A stretch of DNA of 27,139 bases from Synechococcus sp. (GCA_051439605.1 JBFRWN010000063.1:1-27139); one strand, 5' to 3'; shown: positions 1 through 10,099, counted from the first letter of the stretch. Made by a program: numbers and translations. Notes: generated by a model not told the origin, from the sequence alone.

Positions 1-39
1 GATGATGGTCAGAAGGGTTGGAGAATCTACCATATTCAT
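1..39 (-). CDS. 5' end of an unidentified gene running off the left edge (MNMVDSPTLLTII...)
   Basis: The minus-strand ATG at 39-37 has GGAGG (51-47) 7 nt upstream, and the frame is open to the window edge. Only 13 codons are visible, so the product is unknown. Confidence 0.6.
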   Translation of the reverse strand, partial: MNMVDSPTLLTII

Positions 40-41
40 GG

Positions 42-84
42 GGGAACCTCCAGATTAGGTGGCTACCTTTATTGTGAGGTTCCC
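42..84 (-). promoter_or_regulatory. 5'-UTR stem-loop covering the Shine-Dalgarno of the left-edge gene
   Basis: Perfect 9-bp inverted repeat GGGAACCTC (42-50) / GAGGTTCCC (76-84) plus an inner AGGT/ACCT stem. On the minus-strand mRNA the 3' arm contains GAGG of the SD and ends 2 nt before the AUG. Confidence 0.5.
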
Positions 85-479
85 TCCCGATAGTTACCTG
101 GCACTACTGCAACTCACATAAGCCGTATCAAATGAGCAGCCAAGCACGAGGAAAAACCAGTATTTATCTTGTTCCTTCAGTTATCTAATAAACAGTCTCT
201 GGCACCATTCAGTTTGAAAAAGCTACCCAATTTCTAGATTTCTAAGCTAACTAAATATTCTCCTAATGGCATTGACATATTGCGATCGCATCGAGATACA
301 AGACTATTAGATCTATTCTGAATAGGTTTGATATTCACTGATATCAGCCCTAACGGATGGAGTTGATGTTGGGCGTAAATGGATACAAGCTGATGCCCTC
401 CGCAAAAGGACATGGAATAATTGATAGGCTTATGCAGGCCGATATCCACTCGGTCCATTCTGTTGCCCATTGGAAATAG

Positions 480-1391
480 ATGCCATCACAAGATCGGGAT
501 AAGCCCACCACAAACAATATTCGACCTCACGAAGCGTCCTCGACCACCTCAAGGAATCAACCCACCCAAGGACAATCAATTGGCGGTCCTATCAGCTGGT
601 TGACCAATTCTGTCCGCTGGCTGGCCACGAATGACATTACCTCAACGATCTTGGCTGCGGTTGTTCTGACCCTAGTTGTCCGGCTATTCATAGCAGAAGC
701 TCGATGGATTCCTTCTGAATCTATGCTGCCAACTTTGGAGATTGGAGATCGATTGGTGGTGGAGAAGGTTTCTTATCATTTTGGAGAGCCTAAGCGGGGG
801 GATATTGTGGTGTTCGTTCCCCCCGATCATGTCAACACCAACGATGCCTTTATCAAGCGTGTCGTTGGACTTCCCGGAGATACGGTTGAAATTCTCCTAG
901 ACGATGGCATCTATATCAACGGACAAAAGTTAGACGAGTCTTACGCTTTCTCCTTACCCACCCGTGGGTTTAGCTACCCCGCAGACGTTACCCAACTGGG
1001 TGAGCTAACCCAATATCCCCTCAATGGCAATCCATCTGGCGCTCCGATAGTCGTTCCAGAGGGCCACTACTTTGTTCTTGGGGACAACCGGAATAACAGT
1101 CAGGACTCGCACGTTTGGGGGTTCCTGCCCCGTGAAAACATCATTGGCAGAACATTCTTGCGTTTTTGGCCTCTGGATCGCTTGCACCACTTTTCTGAGG
1201 TGGATTATCCCGAACTCGATGCGACACATGTTCCCGAGAGAAGCCTTTATATTAGTTCTAGACTCCCTGCAGCCTTAGGAAATGCCATAGCAATTCCTTT
1301 GGGGACTGAGAGCCGATCGCAAAAACATCACCATCGGAACATCTTGCATACCCTTAGCGCGGTTCAGAGCTATAACAATGCAAATGTATAG
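480..1391 (+). CDS. lepB: Signal peptidase I (S26A)
   Basis: One TM segment, then EARWIPSESMLPTLEIGDRLVVEK (catalytic Ser), FIKRVVGLPGD (catalytic Lys) and YFVLGDNRNNSQDSHVWG (box E). Confidence 0.95.
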   Translation: MPSQDRDKPTTNNIRPHEASSTTSRNQPTQGQSIGGPISWLTNSVRWLATNDITSTILAAVVLTLVVRLFIAEARWIPSESMLPTLEIGDRLVVEKVSYHFGEPKRGDIVVFVPPDHVNTNDAFIKRVVGLPGDTVEILLDDGIYINGQKLDESYAFSLPTRGFSYPADVTQLGELTQYPLNGNPSGAPIVVPEGHYFVLGDNRNNSQDSHVWGFLPRENIIGRTFLRFWPLDRLHHFSEVDYPELDATHVPERSLYISSRLPAALGNAIAIPLGTESRSQKHHHRNILHTLSAVQSYNNANV

Positions 1392-1702
1392 ACCCAGATC
1401 GGTATGAATCAATTATTACCTTAAGAATAGTTAATGAGATAAATAATTTTCAGCTAAAATAGTGACTGAGTTTAATAATTGTGGCACTCTACTGATATAT
1501 CTATACAGTTCTTACGTTGACCGAGGTCGTAGACACCTCAGCACCAGCGAGCTTTAAGTTAAACCGTAGGCTTAATGGGCGTGTGGACTCCCGGATAATG
1601 CAATTTTTGTGGGGTGCTTGACACAGTTGTTTTGGATTGTGACACTCGCGATTTTTGTAATCAGCGCAGTTCTAACCCTAATTTTGGTGGGTTATTTTCC
1701 CA

Positions 1703-4700
1703 ATGGGCCATTCTTTTCTCACCAGACGTCGACATTCCGGTAGGTTGCGGCATACGCCTCATGCTTCCCGTCAGCGCAGGGGAGGATCTCCTGGGAGATC
1801 GGCTTTGTCTGCCCAAACCGCTTCCTCCTCCGCTCTGGACATGCAATCCCTCTATAACGATTTGCCAGCCCTGTGCGTAGCTCTGACTTCCTCAGGGAAG
1901 ATCCTGTCGGTTAACCGACTTGGCGCACAGCTGTTAGGAATTCCCCATTATGATGCGATCGGGCAATCGATTCTGATCTTGCTCGAACAGCGAGATCGCA
2001 TTGGATTTTCCAAGCATCTAGAGGCTTGCATTCAACACCCAGTTCGTATCTCAGATGTTTACTGCACTTTTATCAGCCGTTCAGGGAGGCCGATCCCAAT
2101 TATTGGAAAGGTGCGACAGGCCCCCGATCTAGGAACGGGGGTTATTTTGTTGGTTGGCATTTTGGTTAAGCATCGTACTGGCGATTCTGCGGGCTTACTC
2201 GATCGGTATTTACAGCAGGCATTGGATAGTAGCACCGACTGGGCTTGCATCTATGATGTCAATCGAGAATGTATCTTGTTTGTCGGCCAAGTCCTCGCAG
2301 CTACCTTGGGGCGCGATCCCCAAGACTTGCAGGGACAAGAATGGCAAACCCTAATTCACCCGCAGGATTTAGCGCCGTTACAAAAGCATCTACAGACATG
2401 TGTCGAGAATGCCCCCTCGACGCCCGATCTTCTTGAAATTGAATTTCGGGTTAAGGATCGTCAGGGAGAGTGGCGGTGGTGGAACAGCCAAAACCGCGGC
2501 TTTGTGTCTCCAACAGGCACGCTACCGGAACGACGTTTAGAGGGAGTTGTATTGGGGACGGTTAGGGACGTAACCCAACGCAAGCAGGCCGAACTGTTGT
2601 TGCAGCGTCGAATAAAGCAAGAACAGCTGCTATTGGAAATTACTGAAGAAATCTATCAATCCCTCGATCTCGATCGCATTTTGGCCACCACGGTGGAAGA
2701 AGTGCGCAAACTGCTGAAGCTCGATCGCGTAGCCATCTACCGCTGTGGAGAGGGAACCAGCACCTTTGTGGTGGAATCGCGCACCGACACGGCATTATCC
2801 TCTGGCGGCGAGTCAGAAACAGATCTCCTAGACCTGTCCTTTTTTCAGCAATTCCGACAAGGGGAGATTTGCGTTACCGATGACGTTCTCCGGTCAAATT
2901 ATCCCGATAGCTACAAGACACTGATGCGGCAGATACAGGTGCAGTCTGAGGCTGTTGTCCCCATCGAGCAAGGCAATCGACTATGGGGGCTACTTTTTGC
3001 CCAGCATTGCGAAATCTTATGGCGATGGCAGCCTTGGGAAATAGAACTCCTACGCCATTTATCCACGAAGGTGGCGATTGCCATCAACCAAGCGGATCTT
3101 TACCGCCAAACCGAATTACAGGCCCAGCGAGAGCAGGCCCTCAACCGCATGATGCGTGTATTGCGCACATCTCTCAATCTTAAAACCGTGTTTTCCACCG
3201 CAGTGAAGCTGATGACGACGGAGTTTCACTTGAGTGGAGCCTCTATTTGGCAATATCATCCTGAGAGTCAAGTATGGCGAGTCATCAGTGCCCGCAGTAT
3301 ATCTGATTCCCCCCTATCATTGCTCGAGATGGAAATTAGCGATCGCGAGCCTGGTGGTGGTCCCTTAGAAGAATTGAAGGGGCAGCGGGCGCTCCACATG
3401 TCAGCGGATGAAGTTCTAGCGCGAGGAGTCGACCCAGCAATCGCAGATTACTTGCCTGGTCGCTGGTTGGTGATGGCTCTGCAAGTGGACGATAAAAAGT
3501 GGGGCTGCTTAATACTGTCCGATCGGCAGTCTTCTCCCGTTCTCGACGAAAGCGGTTGTTTGGGGATGGCGATCGCGTTGGTGGAGCAACTGGAGGTTGC
3601 CATTCAGCAGGCGGAACTGTACCGGCAAGTACAGACCCTCAATTACAACTTGGAACGACAAATTCGTTCCAGAACTCATCAACTTCAACAAGCCTTAGAG
3701 TTAGAAGAGACCCTTAAGCACATCACCGACAAAGTGCGAGATAGCCTGGAGGAGGAACAAATATTGCAAACTGCTGTGAAGGAACTGGCCCTTGGGTTGG
3801 GGGTAGACTGTTGCGAATCGGCCTTGTATAGCAATAACCACAGCGAATTTACCATCGCCTATGATTACACCATTCAAATGGTGTCAGCTAAGGGATACCA
3901 AGAACAGATCGATCCACATAACCGCATTCATCAAGCATTGCTATCTGGGCAGTACATCCAGTTTTGCCCGCTCGATTTACAAGATGTCACCCGCAGAGAT
4001 GTCTCCCGCCTGGAGCTGGGGGATTCCTCGGCAATTTTGGTGTGCCCGATTGTGGACGAACGGGAGGTGTTAGGGAATATTTGGCTATTTCGCCCCCGCG
4101 CCTGCACCTTTGGGGACTTAGAAGTCAGAATCGTCAAGCAGGTAGCCACCCAATGCGCGATTGCCATTCGACAAGCTCGACTGTACCAAGCAGCACAACT
4201 GCAAGTGGAGAAATTAGAACAGTTGAACCAGCTCAAGGACGATTTTCTCAATACCGTATCCCACGAGCTGCGTACCCCCATCACTAGTATGCGCATGGCC
4301 ATTCAAATGTTGGGGGTGAGTTTAGAGCAACCATTGGGATTAGCAGCTGAATTGGCCAAGCCGACAGCGGAACGATCTCGCACCGCTCGCTACTATCAAA
4401 TTCTGAAACAAGAATGCGACCGCGAAATCCGACTGGTGGACGACCTCCTCAGCCTGCAGCGGTTGGAGAGCCCCCGCGATGAATGGGATTTTGATTACAT
4501 ACACCTCCCCTCGGTGCTGTCGCAAATTGTCGAACCCTTTAAGGCTCGCACCGCAACCCGTCAACAAGTTCTGCGCACCCATATTCCCAACGACCTACCA
4601 ACAATAGCTACTGACCTAGCCGCGTTCGAACGCATTGTGAGCGAGTTGCTCCTTAACGCCCACAAGTTCACCCCGGAAGGGCATACCATTGAACTCAAGG

Positions 4701-4960
4701 TGTTGGGGACTGCTGAACGGATCGAACTTTCAGTCCTCAATACAGGGGTTGAAATTCCCCCGACTGCGATCGACAGAATATTTGATAAGTTCTATCGAGT
4801 TCCCTCCTCCGATCCCTGGAAACAGGGTGGAACAGGATTGGGATTGGCGTTGGTCAAACGACTGGTTGAGCACTTGCAGGGGGAAATTTTTGTAACCAGC
4901 GCAAATAATTGCACGGAATTTCGGGTCAGTCTTCCGCGGCTCCAAAGCAATAACCCATGA
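1703..4960 (+). CDS. Multi-sensor histidine kinase (PAS-PAS-GAF-GAF-GAF-HisKA-HATPase); the start may be the ATG at 1841
   Basis: PAS/PAC motifs (LIHPQD...GEWRW...VRDVTQRKQAE), three GAF repeats each ending AIAIxQAxLY-like, H-box DFLNTVSHELRTP (His854), N-box LLLNAHKFT, and F/G2 boxes IFDKFYRV...GGTGLGLALVKRLVE. No TM segments are apparent. Confidence 0.93.
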   Translation: MGHSFLTRRRHSGRLRHTPHASRQRRGGSPGRSALSAQTASSSALDMQSLYNDLPALCVALTSSGKILSVNRLGAQLLGIPHYDAIGQSILILLEQRDRIGFSKHLEACIQHPVRISDVYCTFISRSGRPIPIIGKVRQAPDLGTGVILLVGILVKHRTGDSAGLLDRYLQQALDSSTDWACIYDVNRECILFVGQVLAATLGRDPQDLQGQEWQTLIHPQDLAPLQKHLQTCVENAPSTPDLLEIEFRVKDRQGEWRWWNSQNRGFVSPTGTLPERRLEGVVLGTVRDVTQRKQAELLLQRRIKQEQLLLEITEEIYQSLDLDRILATTVEEVRKLLKLDRVAIYRCGEGTSTFVVESRTDTALSSGGESETDLLDLSFFQQFRQGEICVTDDVLRSNYPDSYKTLMRQIQVQSEAVVPIEQGNRLWGLLFAQHCEILWRWQPWEIELLRHLSTKVAIAINQADLYRQTELQAQREQALNRMMRVLRTSLNLKTVFSTAVKLMTTEFHLSGASIWQYHPESQVWRVISARSISDSPLSLLEMEISDREPGGGPLEELKGQRALHMSADEVLARGVDPAIADYLPGRWLVMALQVDDKKWGCLILSDRQSSPVLDESGCLGMAIALVEQLEVAIQQAELYRQVQTLNYNLERQIRSRTHQLQQALELEETLKHITDKVRDSLEEEQILQTAVKELALGLGVDCCESALYSNNHSEFTIAYDYTIQMVSAKGYQEQIDPHNRIHQALLSGQYIQFCPLDLQDVTRRDVSRLELGDSSAILVCPIVDEREVLGNIWLFRPRACTFGDLEVRIVKQVATQCAIAIRQARLYQAAQLQVEKLEQLNQLKDDFLNTVSHELRTPITSMRMAIQMLGVSLEQPLGLAAELAKPTAERSRTARYYQILKQECDREIRLVDDLLSLQRLESPRDEWDFDYIHLPSVLSQIVEPFKARTATRQQVLRTHIPNDLPTIATDLAAFERIVSELLLNAHKFTPEGHTIELKVLGTAERIELSVLNTGVEIPPTAIDRIFDKFYRVPSSDPWKQGGTGLGLALVKRLVEHLQGEIFVTSANNCTEFRVSLPRLQSNNP

Positions 4961-5044
4961 ACATCTATCGCTAAGCTGGTCTAGCGGGGACTTTCCCACA
5001 GCCTCAGTTCATTCTTTCCACCCATTCCATTTCTTCACTCTTGT

Positions 5045-6652
5045 ATGAGCAACCCAGTACCCATCACCCAAGAGATCGATCGACGACGGACGTTTGCCAT
5101 CATTTCTCACCCGGACGCCGGTAAAACCACGCTGACCGAAAAGCTGCTGCTTTACGGTGGAGCGGTCAATATGGCGGGGGCGGTCAAGGCCAAAAAGGCC
5201 CAACGTCATGCCACCTCTGACTGGATGAAGTTAGAGCAGCAGCGCGGGATTTCAATTACCTCCACTGTCTTGCAATTCGACTATCGGGATAAGCACATTA
5301 ATTTATTGGATACCCCCGGTCACCAAGACTTTAGTGAAGACACTTACCGGACGCTGGCGGCGGCTGACAATGCCGTCATGTTGCTGGATGGAGCCAAAGG
5401 ATTGGAGGCTCAAACTCTCAAGTTGTTTGAAGTGTGCAAAATGCGGCAGTTGCCCATCTTCACCTTCATCAACAAAATGGATCGCCCTTCTATGGAGCCA
5501 CTCGAACTGATTGACGAACTGGAGGGCACTCTGGGGCTAACCCCTTATCCCATGAACTGGCCTATCGGAACGGGCGATCGCTTTACAGGGGTTTACGATC
5601 GCGCCAACCAAGAAATTCACCTGTTCGAGCGCAGCTCCCACGGTCAAAAAGCCGCTAGCGTTCAGGTCTCCCATCTTGGGGACCCACAGCTCATCGACAT
5701 GTTGGATGAGGATTTGTACTACCAGCTCAAAGAGGAGCTGGAAATTCTGGACGAAGTGGCTGCAGACCTCGATCTGGAGGAGGTCCACGCCGGTCGCATG
5801 ACCCCCGTATTTTTCGGCAGCGCCATGACCAATTTCGGGTTGCAACTCTTTTTGGATGATTTTCTGAATTTATCTCTGAAACCGATTCCGCGCCCCAGCA
5901 CGGGCGGCACAATCGCCCCCGACAGCGATAACTTTTCGGGATTCGTGTTCAAGCTGCAGGCCAACATGGACCCGCGTCACCGTGATCGGATCGCCTTTAT
6001 CCGGGTCTGCTCCGGGCGGTTCGATAAAGACATGACCGTAAAGCATGCTCGCACCGGTAAAGAGATCAGACTATCGCGCCCGCAAAAGTTATTTGCCCAA
6101 CAGCGAGAGACTGTCGAGACCGCTTACCCCGGAGATATTGTGGGCTTGGTCAACCCTGGAACGTTCCAAATTGGCGATACCGTCTGCACTGGCAAAACCC
6201 TGCAGTTTGAGGGCATACCCAGCTTTTCCCCCGAGCATTTCAGCTGGCTGAGAAACCCTAACCCCTCCAGATTCAAGCAGTTCAACAAGGGTATCCAGCA
6301 GCTCAAAGAAGAAGGGGCTGTCCAGGTGATGTATTCCATGAACGAGGCTAAACGCGACCCCATTCTGGCGGCAGTCGGACAACTGCAGTTTGAGGTGGTG
6401 CAGTACCGCCTAGAAAGCGAGTATAACGTTGAGTCCCGCCTCGAACCCCTCAGTTACTCGGTAGCTCGCTGGGTGAAGGGGGGATGGGAAGCCGCGGACA
6501 AGCTGACCGGATTGTACGGAGCTGAGGTAGTGAAAGATAGCTGGGAACGACCGGTATTGTTGTGCAAAAACATTTGGAGCCTGCAGCAAATCCAAGAAAA
6601 GTTCTCAGAAGTCGAGCTACTAGAAATTGCCCCGGTGCTGACCATCGAATAG
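5045..6652 (+). CDS. prfC: Peptide chain release factor 3
   Basis: [63 protein letters not shown] and [17 protein letters not shown] are RF3 signatures. Confidence 0.98.
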   Translation: MSNPVPITQEIDRRRTFAIISHPDAGKTTLTEKLLLYGGAVNMAGAVKAKKAQRHATSDWMKLEQQRGISITSTVLQFDYRDKHINLLDTPGHQDFSEDTYRTLAAADNAVMLLDGAKGLEAQTLKLFEVCKMRQLPIFTFINKMDRPSMEPLELIDELEGTLGLTPYPMNWPIGTGDRFTGVYDRANQEIHLFERSSHGQKAASVQVSHLGDPQLIDMLDEDLYYQLKEELEILDEVAADLDLEEVHAGRMTPVFFGSAMTNFGLQLFLDDFLNLSLKPIPRPSTGGTIAPDSDNFSGFVFKLQANMDPRHRDRIAFIRVCSGRFDKDMTVKHARTGKEIRLSRPQKLFAQQRETVETAYPGDIVGLVNPGTFQIGDTVCTGKTLQFEGIPSFSPEHFSWLRNPNPSRFKQFNKGIQQLKEEGAVQVMYSMNEAKRDPILAAVGQLQFEVVQYRLESEYNVESRLEPLSYSVARWVKGGWEAADKLTGLYGAEVVKDSWERPVLLCKNIWSLQQIQEKFSEVELLEIAPVLTIE

Positions 6653-6653
6653 C

Positions 6654-6709
6654 CTTGCAATCGGTTTGCAAGAGTTGGACTTTCTCCGCCAATGCTTGCT
6701 TGGGTGGAG
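6654..6709. terminator. Two short hairpins between the convergent prfC and queD
   Basis: CTTGCAA-tcggt-TTGCAAG (6654-6672) and CTCCGCC...GGTGGAG (6684-6709, one G-U pair). There is no clear U-tract. Confidence 0.35.
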
Positions 6710-6745
6710 GGCCGTTGTTAGACCCAAACTATCTCCAGTTCGGAA

Positions 6746-7108
6746 TCAACGTTCCGGGCCGGTGTAGATGCAGCCGCTAGTGCAGGTTTCCCGTACCGTG
6801 ACGCTGCTGAGTTGGGGCAAGCTTGGCTGCAAGCGGTCCCAGATCCAGCGGGCAATGTTCTCGCTGGTGGGGTTCTCCAAGCCCTCAATCTCATTGAGAT
6901 AGTAGTGATCGAGGCGTTCGAAGAGGGGTTTAAACGCGTTAGAGATATCGCCAAAGTCCTGGACCCAGCCAGACTCTTCCCCCACCTCTCCCGTCACTTC
7001 CAGCCTGACGAGGAAAGAATGGCCGTGCAGCCTTGCGCATTTATGGCCCGGGGGCACGTTAGGGAGGCGATGGGCCGCTTCAAATTGGTACTCCTTAAAG
7101 ATTTTCAT
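6746..7108 (-). CDS. queD: 6-carboxy-5,6,7,8-tetrahydropterin synthase
   Basis: FEAAHRLP...[11 protein letters not shown] (CxxxHGH), [17 protein letters not shown] and ETCTSGC. It lies 8 nt downstream of queE. Confidence 0.96.
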   Translation of the reverse strand: MKIFKEYQFEAAHRLPNVPPGHKCARLHGHSFLVRLEVTGEVGEESGWVQDFGDISNAFKPLFERLDHYYLNEIEGLENPTSENIARWIWDRLQPSLPQLSSVTVRETCTSGCIYTGPER

Positions 7109-7116
7109 CCCGACCT

Positions 7117-7773
7117 CTAGGCAATACCCACCAGCTTATGAGTCTGCAGGCTCAGACGCCACTGGGGATGGTCGAGGCAATACTGCACCACCTGCTGAAC
7201 ATTCTGTTCGCGATCGCGATTGTCCTTGGGCTGGAGGTAAAACTGTTCGAAGGCCAAAGATTCAAATGTTGCGGGGTCGAGATTGTCTTGCGGAAAGACC
7301 AACTTTAACTCGTTCCCCTGTCGCAATTTCAAAGGGGCACCCGCTTTTGGACTGACACAAATGTGGTCGATGTTGGGGGGTGGCAGTTGAGTGCCGTTGG
7401 TTTCAATCGCCACTTCAAACCCCCGTTCGTGCAGAGTCTCAACGAGAGGGGCATCAAGCTGCAGCAGCGGCTCGCCCCCCGTGCATACCACTAAGGGACG
7501 GACCCCCTCTGTTCCGCTTCTATCTCCGCTGCCCGCCATCCACAGTTGCCAGATCGTTCCAGCTAATGCCTTTGGAGTGGAGTAGGTTCCCCCATTCGGT
7601 CCATCGATGCCCACAAAGTCGGTGTCGCAAAATTGGCAGATGGCTTCAGGGCGATCGCGTTCCTGCCCAGACCATAGGTTGCAACCAGAAAATCGGCAAA
7701 ATACGGCCGCCCGCCCGCTATTTGCCCCTTCCCCTTGAAGCGTGTAGTACAACTCTTTAACTGCGTAGCTCAT
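7117..7773 (-). CDS. queE: 7-carboxy-7-deazaguanine synthase, radical SAM, CX14CX2C type
   Basis: TLQGEG, C31[15 protein letters not shown]46-QF-C49-[20 protein letters not shown] and WRLSLQTHK. Confidence 0.96.
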   Translation of the reverse strand: MSYAVKELYYTLQGEGANSGRAAVFCRFSGCNLWSGQERDRPEAICQFCDTDFVGIDGPNGGTYSTPKALAGTIWQLWMAGSGDRSGTEGVRPLVVCTGGEPLLQLDAPLVETLHERGFEVAIETNGTQLPPPNIDHICVSPKAGAPLKLRQGNELKLVFPQDNLDPATFESLAFEQFYLQPKDNRDREQNVQQVVQYCLDHPQWRLSLQTHKLVGIA

Positions 7774-7948
7774 GCGACCTCGATCGCCAGACTGAATTAT
7801 GAAGTCGGATTGATTGCACGTTTGATGGCAAACTTCCGGTCTCCAATCATAGCTTCAGAGCCGCACCGTTCTGTTCCAGTCGCGTCGAACGAACGCTGGC
7901 GGCAGACATAGTAGGACCTTGCCCAATCTTTGCTTTCCTGCTGCCGAG

Positions 7949-8440
7949 CTAGAGACGCGGGGTAGGCTCGAAGCTAATCTGACAATCTACTATCTGACCG
8001 CTCTCCTGCAAGCAGGTATAGGTTGCCACAATATTGCTGTTTGGATCGAGCACCATCAAACTGTATCCCTTACGGGCAGCAATATCCCCCAAACCTCGAA
8101 CGAGGCGATAACGACTGTCGTAGGGCAGTTGCAGCCATAACTCTGAAACCCGTACCTCCATTTGTCGAATGTCTGAATGCGGCTTCCATTCAACAATGGC
8201 ATTCTCCTTAAGTATTTGCCCATCTGGCTGTTCCACCATCACCCAGCCAAACCGCTGGCTAGCCCAATAAAACGAGGGAACATCCTCGGAGGGAAACTCT
8301 ATTAGGGGCGCAGCCTCGATCGAGGACGAACAGGGCCAGAAATTTCCCAAAAATAGTACCGCACCCAAGGTGAAGACAACCATTAAGAGGGAACTGGATA
8401 GGCACATGTAACGTGAGTCTTGTGGGGGCAGCACAGTCAT
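7949..8440 (-). CDS. Conserved cyanobacterial hypothetical protein with an N-terminal TM/signal segment
   Basis: Hydrophobic N-terminus. The motifs PSFYWASQRFG, LW..LPY..RYRLV..LG..A...GY.L.V and VATYTC match my recollection of a cyanobacteria-restricted uncharacterised family. Confidence 0.75.
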   Translation of the reverse strand: MTVLPPQDSRYMCLSSSLLMVVFTLGAVLFLGNFWPCSSSIEAAPLIEFPSEDVPSFYWASQRFGWVMVEQPDGQILKENAIVEWKPHSDIRQMEVRVSELWLQLPYDSRYRLVRGLGDIAARKGYSLMVLDPNSNIVATYTCLQESGQIVDCQISFEPTPRL

Positions 8441-8717
8441 ACTGTACTCGCAGGATCGGGGTGCCTAGCAGCGATTTCGCGCAATTTCTTAGGAGGAACA
8501 ACTCCCAAGCGAATTGAGTTGTTGGGAGATTTAAATTGCCTTGTTTTCGGTATTTAGAGCTGCAAACAACGAATATCTTGATTGTTACTCTTCAGAACCC
8601 GCATTCATTGCTTAGCCAACAAACCAGCCATCGACTCTTCCCAAAGCATGACCCAAAGCGGCACAAGTCTCGCCAGTAGCAATCCAGTCTGCTCAGTGTG
8701 ATGATAGTCCTACTTGA

Positions 8718-9968
8718 ATGGATTGCGGAGATATCGCTGTGGGTCAATCTTGGAGAGAAATTCCAGGCGGAGTGACAGCACCGAAAGGGTTTCGGGCTGC
8801 TGGAACCGCTGCAGGACTCAAACCTTCAGGGGATATGGACCTCGCTCTGATTGTGTCTGAAGTCGATGCAACAATTGCTGGCACTTTTACCAAGAATGCC
8901 GTCAAAGCAGCCTGCGTCACCTACGGGCAAGAGATCCTAGCCCATGGGGAACCCGTGCGGGCGATTGTCTGCAACGCTGGTCAAGCCAATGCCTGTACCG
9001 GTGCGGAAGGTGAAACCGATAACTTGGCGATCGCGCAGATTGTTGCTAAGTCCCTGAGCATGCAGTCAACGAAGGTGCTCACCGCCTCCACCGGCGTGAT
9101 CGGAGAGCGGATAGAGGTTTCTAAAATCCAGGCTGCTGTTCCTCAGCTAGCCAAACAAATCTTGTCTCCAGAAGGGCTGCGGGGTGGCCCTATTGCTGCC
9201 AAAGCCATTCTCACCACCGATCTAGTAGAGAAAACCATCGCCCTCGAAGCCGACATCGACGGTATTCCTACCCGCATTGGCGGCATGGCCAAGGGATCGG
9301 GCATGATCCACCCCAACATGGCGACGATGTTAGGGTTTGTCACCTGCGATGCGACCGTTGAGCCAAAGCTTTGGAACGCCATGGTACGCCGCTCGGTGGA
9401 TGCGAGTTTTAATCAGATCACGGTGGATTGTGATACCAGCACGAATGATATGTTGCTGGCGATGGCGAACGGTCAAGCGGGTGGAGGGGTGATTTCGTCG
9501 GCAACCGCCTCAGCACAGTTGTTGGAGGAGATGTTGGAGGCCGTTTGCGTTCATTTGGCCAAGGCAATCGCTCGCGATGGCGAAGGAGCCACCAAGCTCC
9601 TGGAAGTAAGGGTGCAGGGAGCCCGCGATCGTGCCGAAGCTCGCCAGGTGGCGCGCACCATTGCTGGCTCCCCCTTGGTGAAAGCAGCTGCTTATGGCAA
9701 CGACCCGAACTGGGGCCGGATTGCGATGGCTGCAGGCCGTGCGGGCATCCAATTCGATCCGCAGCTGCTAGATATTGTTCTCGGATCGTTCCAGTTGATG
9801 GCTTCAGGCCGCCCAATAGAATTCGATCGCGCGGCTGCCTCTGACTACCTCAAGGGGGATCCGGTGGCCATCACCGTTGACCTGCATCAGGGAACTGAAT
9901 CGGGGTTAGCGTGGGGATGCGACTTGAGCTACGACTACGTTCGCATTAATGCTGAATACACCACTTAG
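8718..9968 (+). CDS. argJ: Bifunctional ornithine acetyltransferase / N-acetylglutamate synthase (alternative start GTG 8739)
   Basis: GGVTAPKGF, NAGQANACTG, ASTGVIG, AILTTD, AKGSGMIHPNMATML (autoprocessing Thr), DTSTND, IARDGEGATK, DPNWGRI and WGCDLSYDYVRINAEYTT. Confidence 0.98.
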   Translation: MDCGDIAVGQSWREIPGGVTAPKGFRAAGTAAGLKPSGDMDLALIVSEVDATIAGTFTKNAVKAACVTYGQEILAHGEPVRAIVCNAGQANACTGAEGETDNLAIAQIVAKSLSMQSTKVLTASTGVIGERIEVSKIQAAVPQLAKQILSPEGLRGGPIAAKAILTTDLVEKTIALEADIDGIPTRIGGMAKGSGMIHPNMATMLGFVTCDATVEPKLWNAMVRRSVDASFNQITVDCDTSTNDMLLAMANGQAGGGVISSATASAQLLEEMLEAVCVHLAKAIARDGEGATKLLEVRVQGARDRAEARQVARTIAGSPLVKAAAYGNDPNWGRIAMAAGRAGIQFDPQLLDIVLGSFQLMASGRPIEFDRAAASDYLKGDPVAITVDLHQGTESGLAWGCDLSYDYVRINAEYTT

Positions 9969-10099
9969 TCCTGCTGGCTAGCATCCGTTAAGTAGAGGTA
10001 ATCCTGATCGGCAACGTCAGCATTGCCTCGCTACCGATCGATAACTCTTTTGTTCTCCAGCCTCCTCCGCCAACAACCTACGTGAAGGCCAACTGCCCC

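Noticed and set aside
6746..7773. 7-deazaguanine DNA-modification (dpd) island
   Set aside because: No dpdA/tgt-like, dpdB or other defence genes are nearby, and the flanks are housekeeping genes.
7774..7948. preQ1 riboswitch upstream of queE
   Set aside because: The minus strand has no preQ1-I-like short stem with a following A-rich tail.
8550..8563. GTA-N8-TGC near-NtcA box between the hypothetical gene and argJ
   Set aside because: It is a mismatch to GTA-N8-TAC and I see no convincing -10 element at the canonical spacing, so it is compatible with chance.
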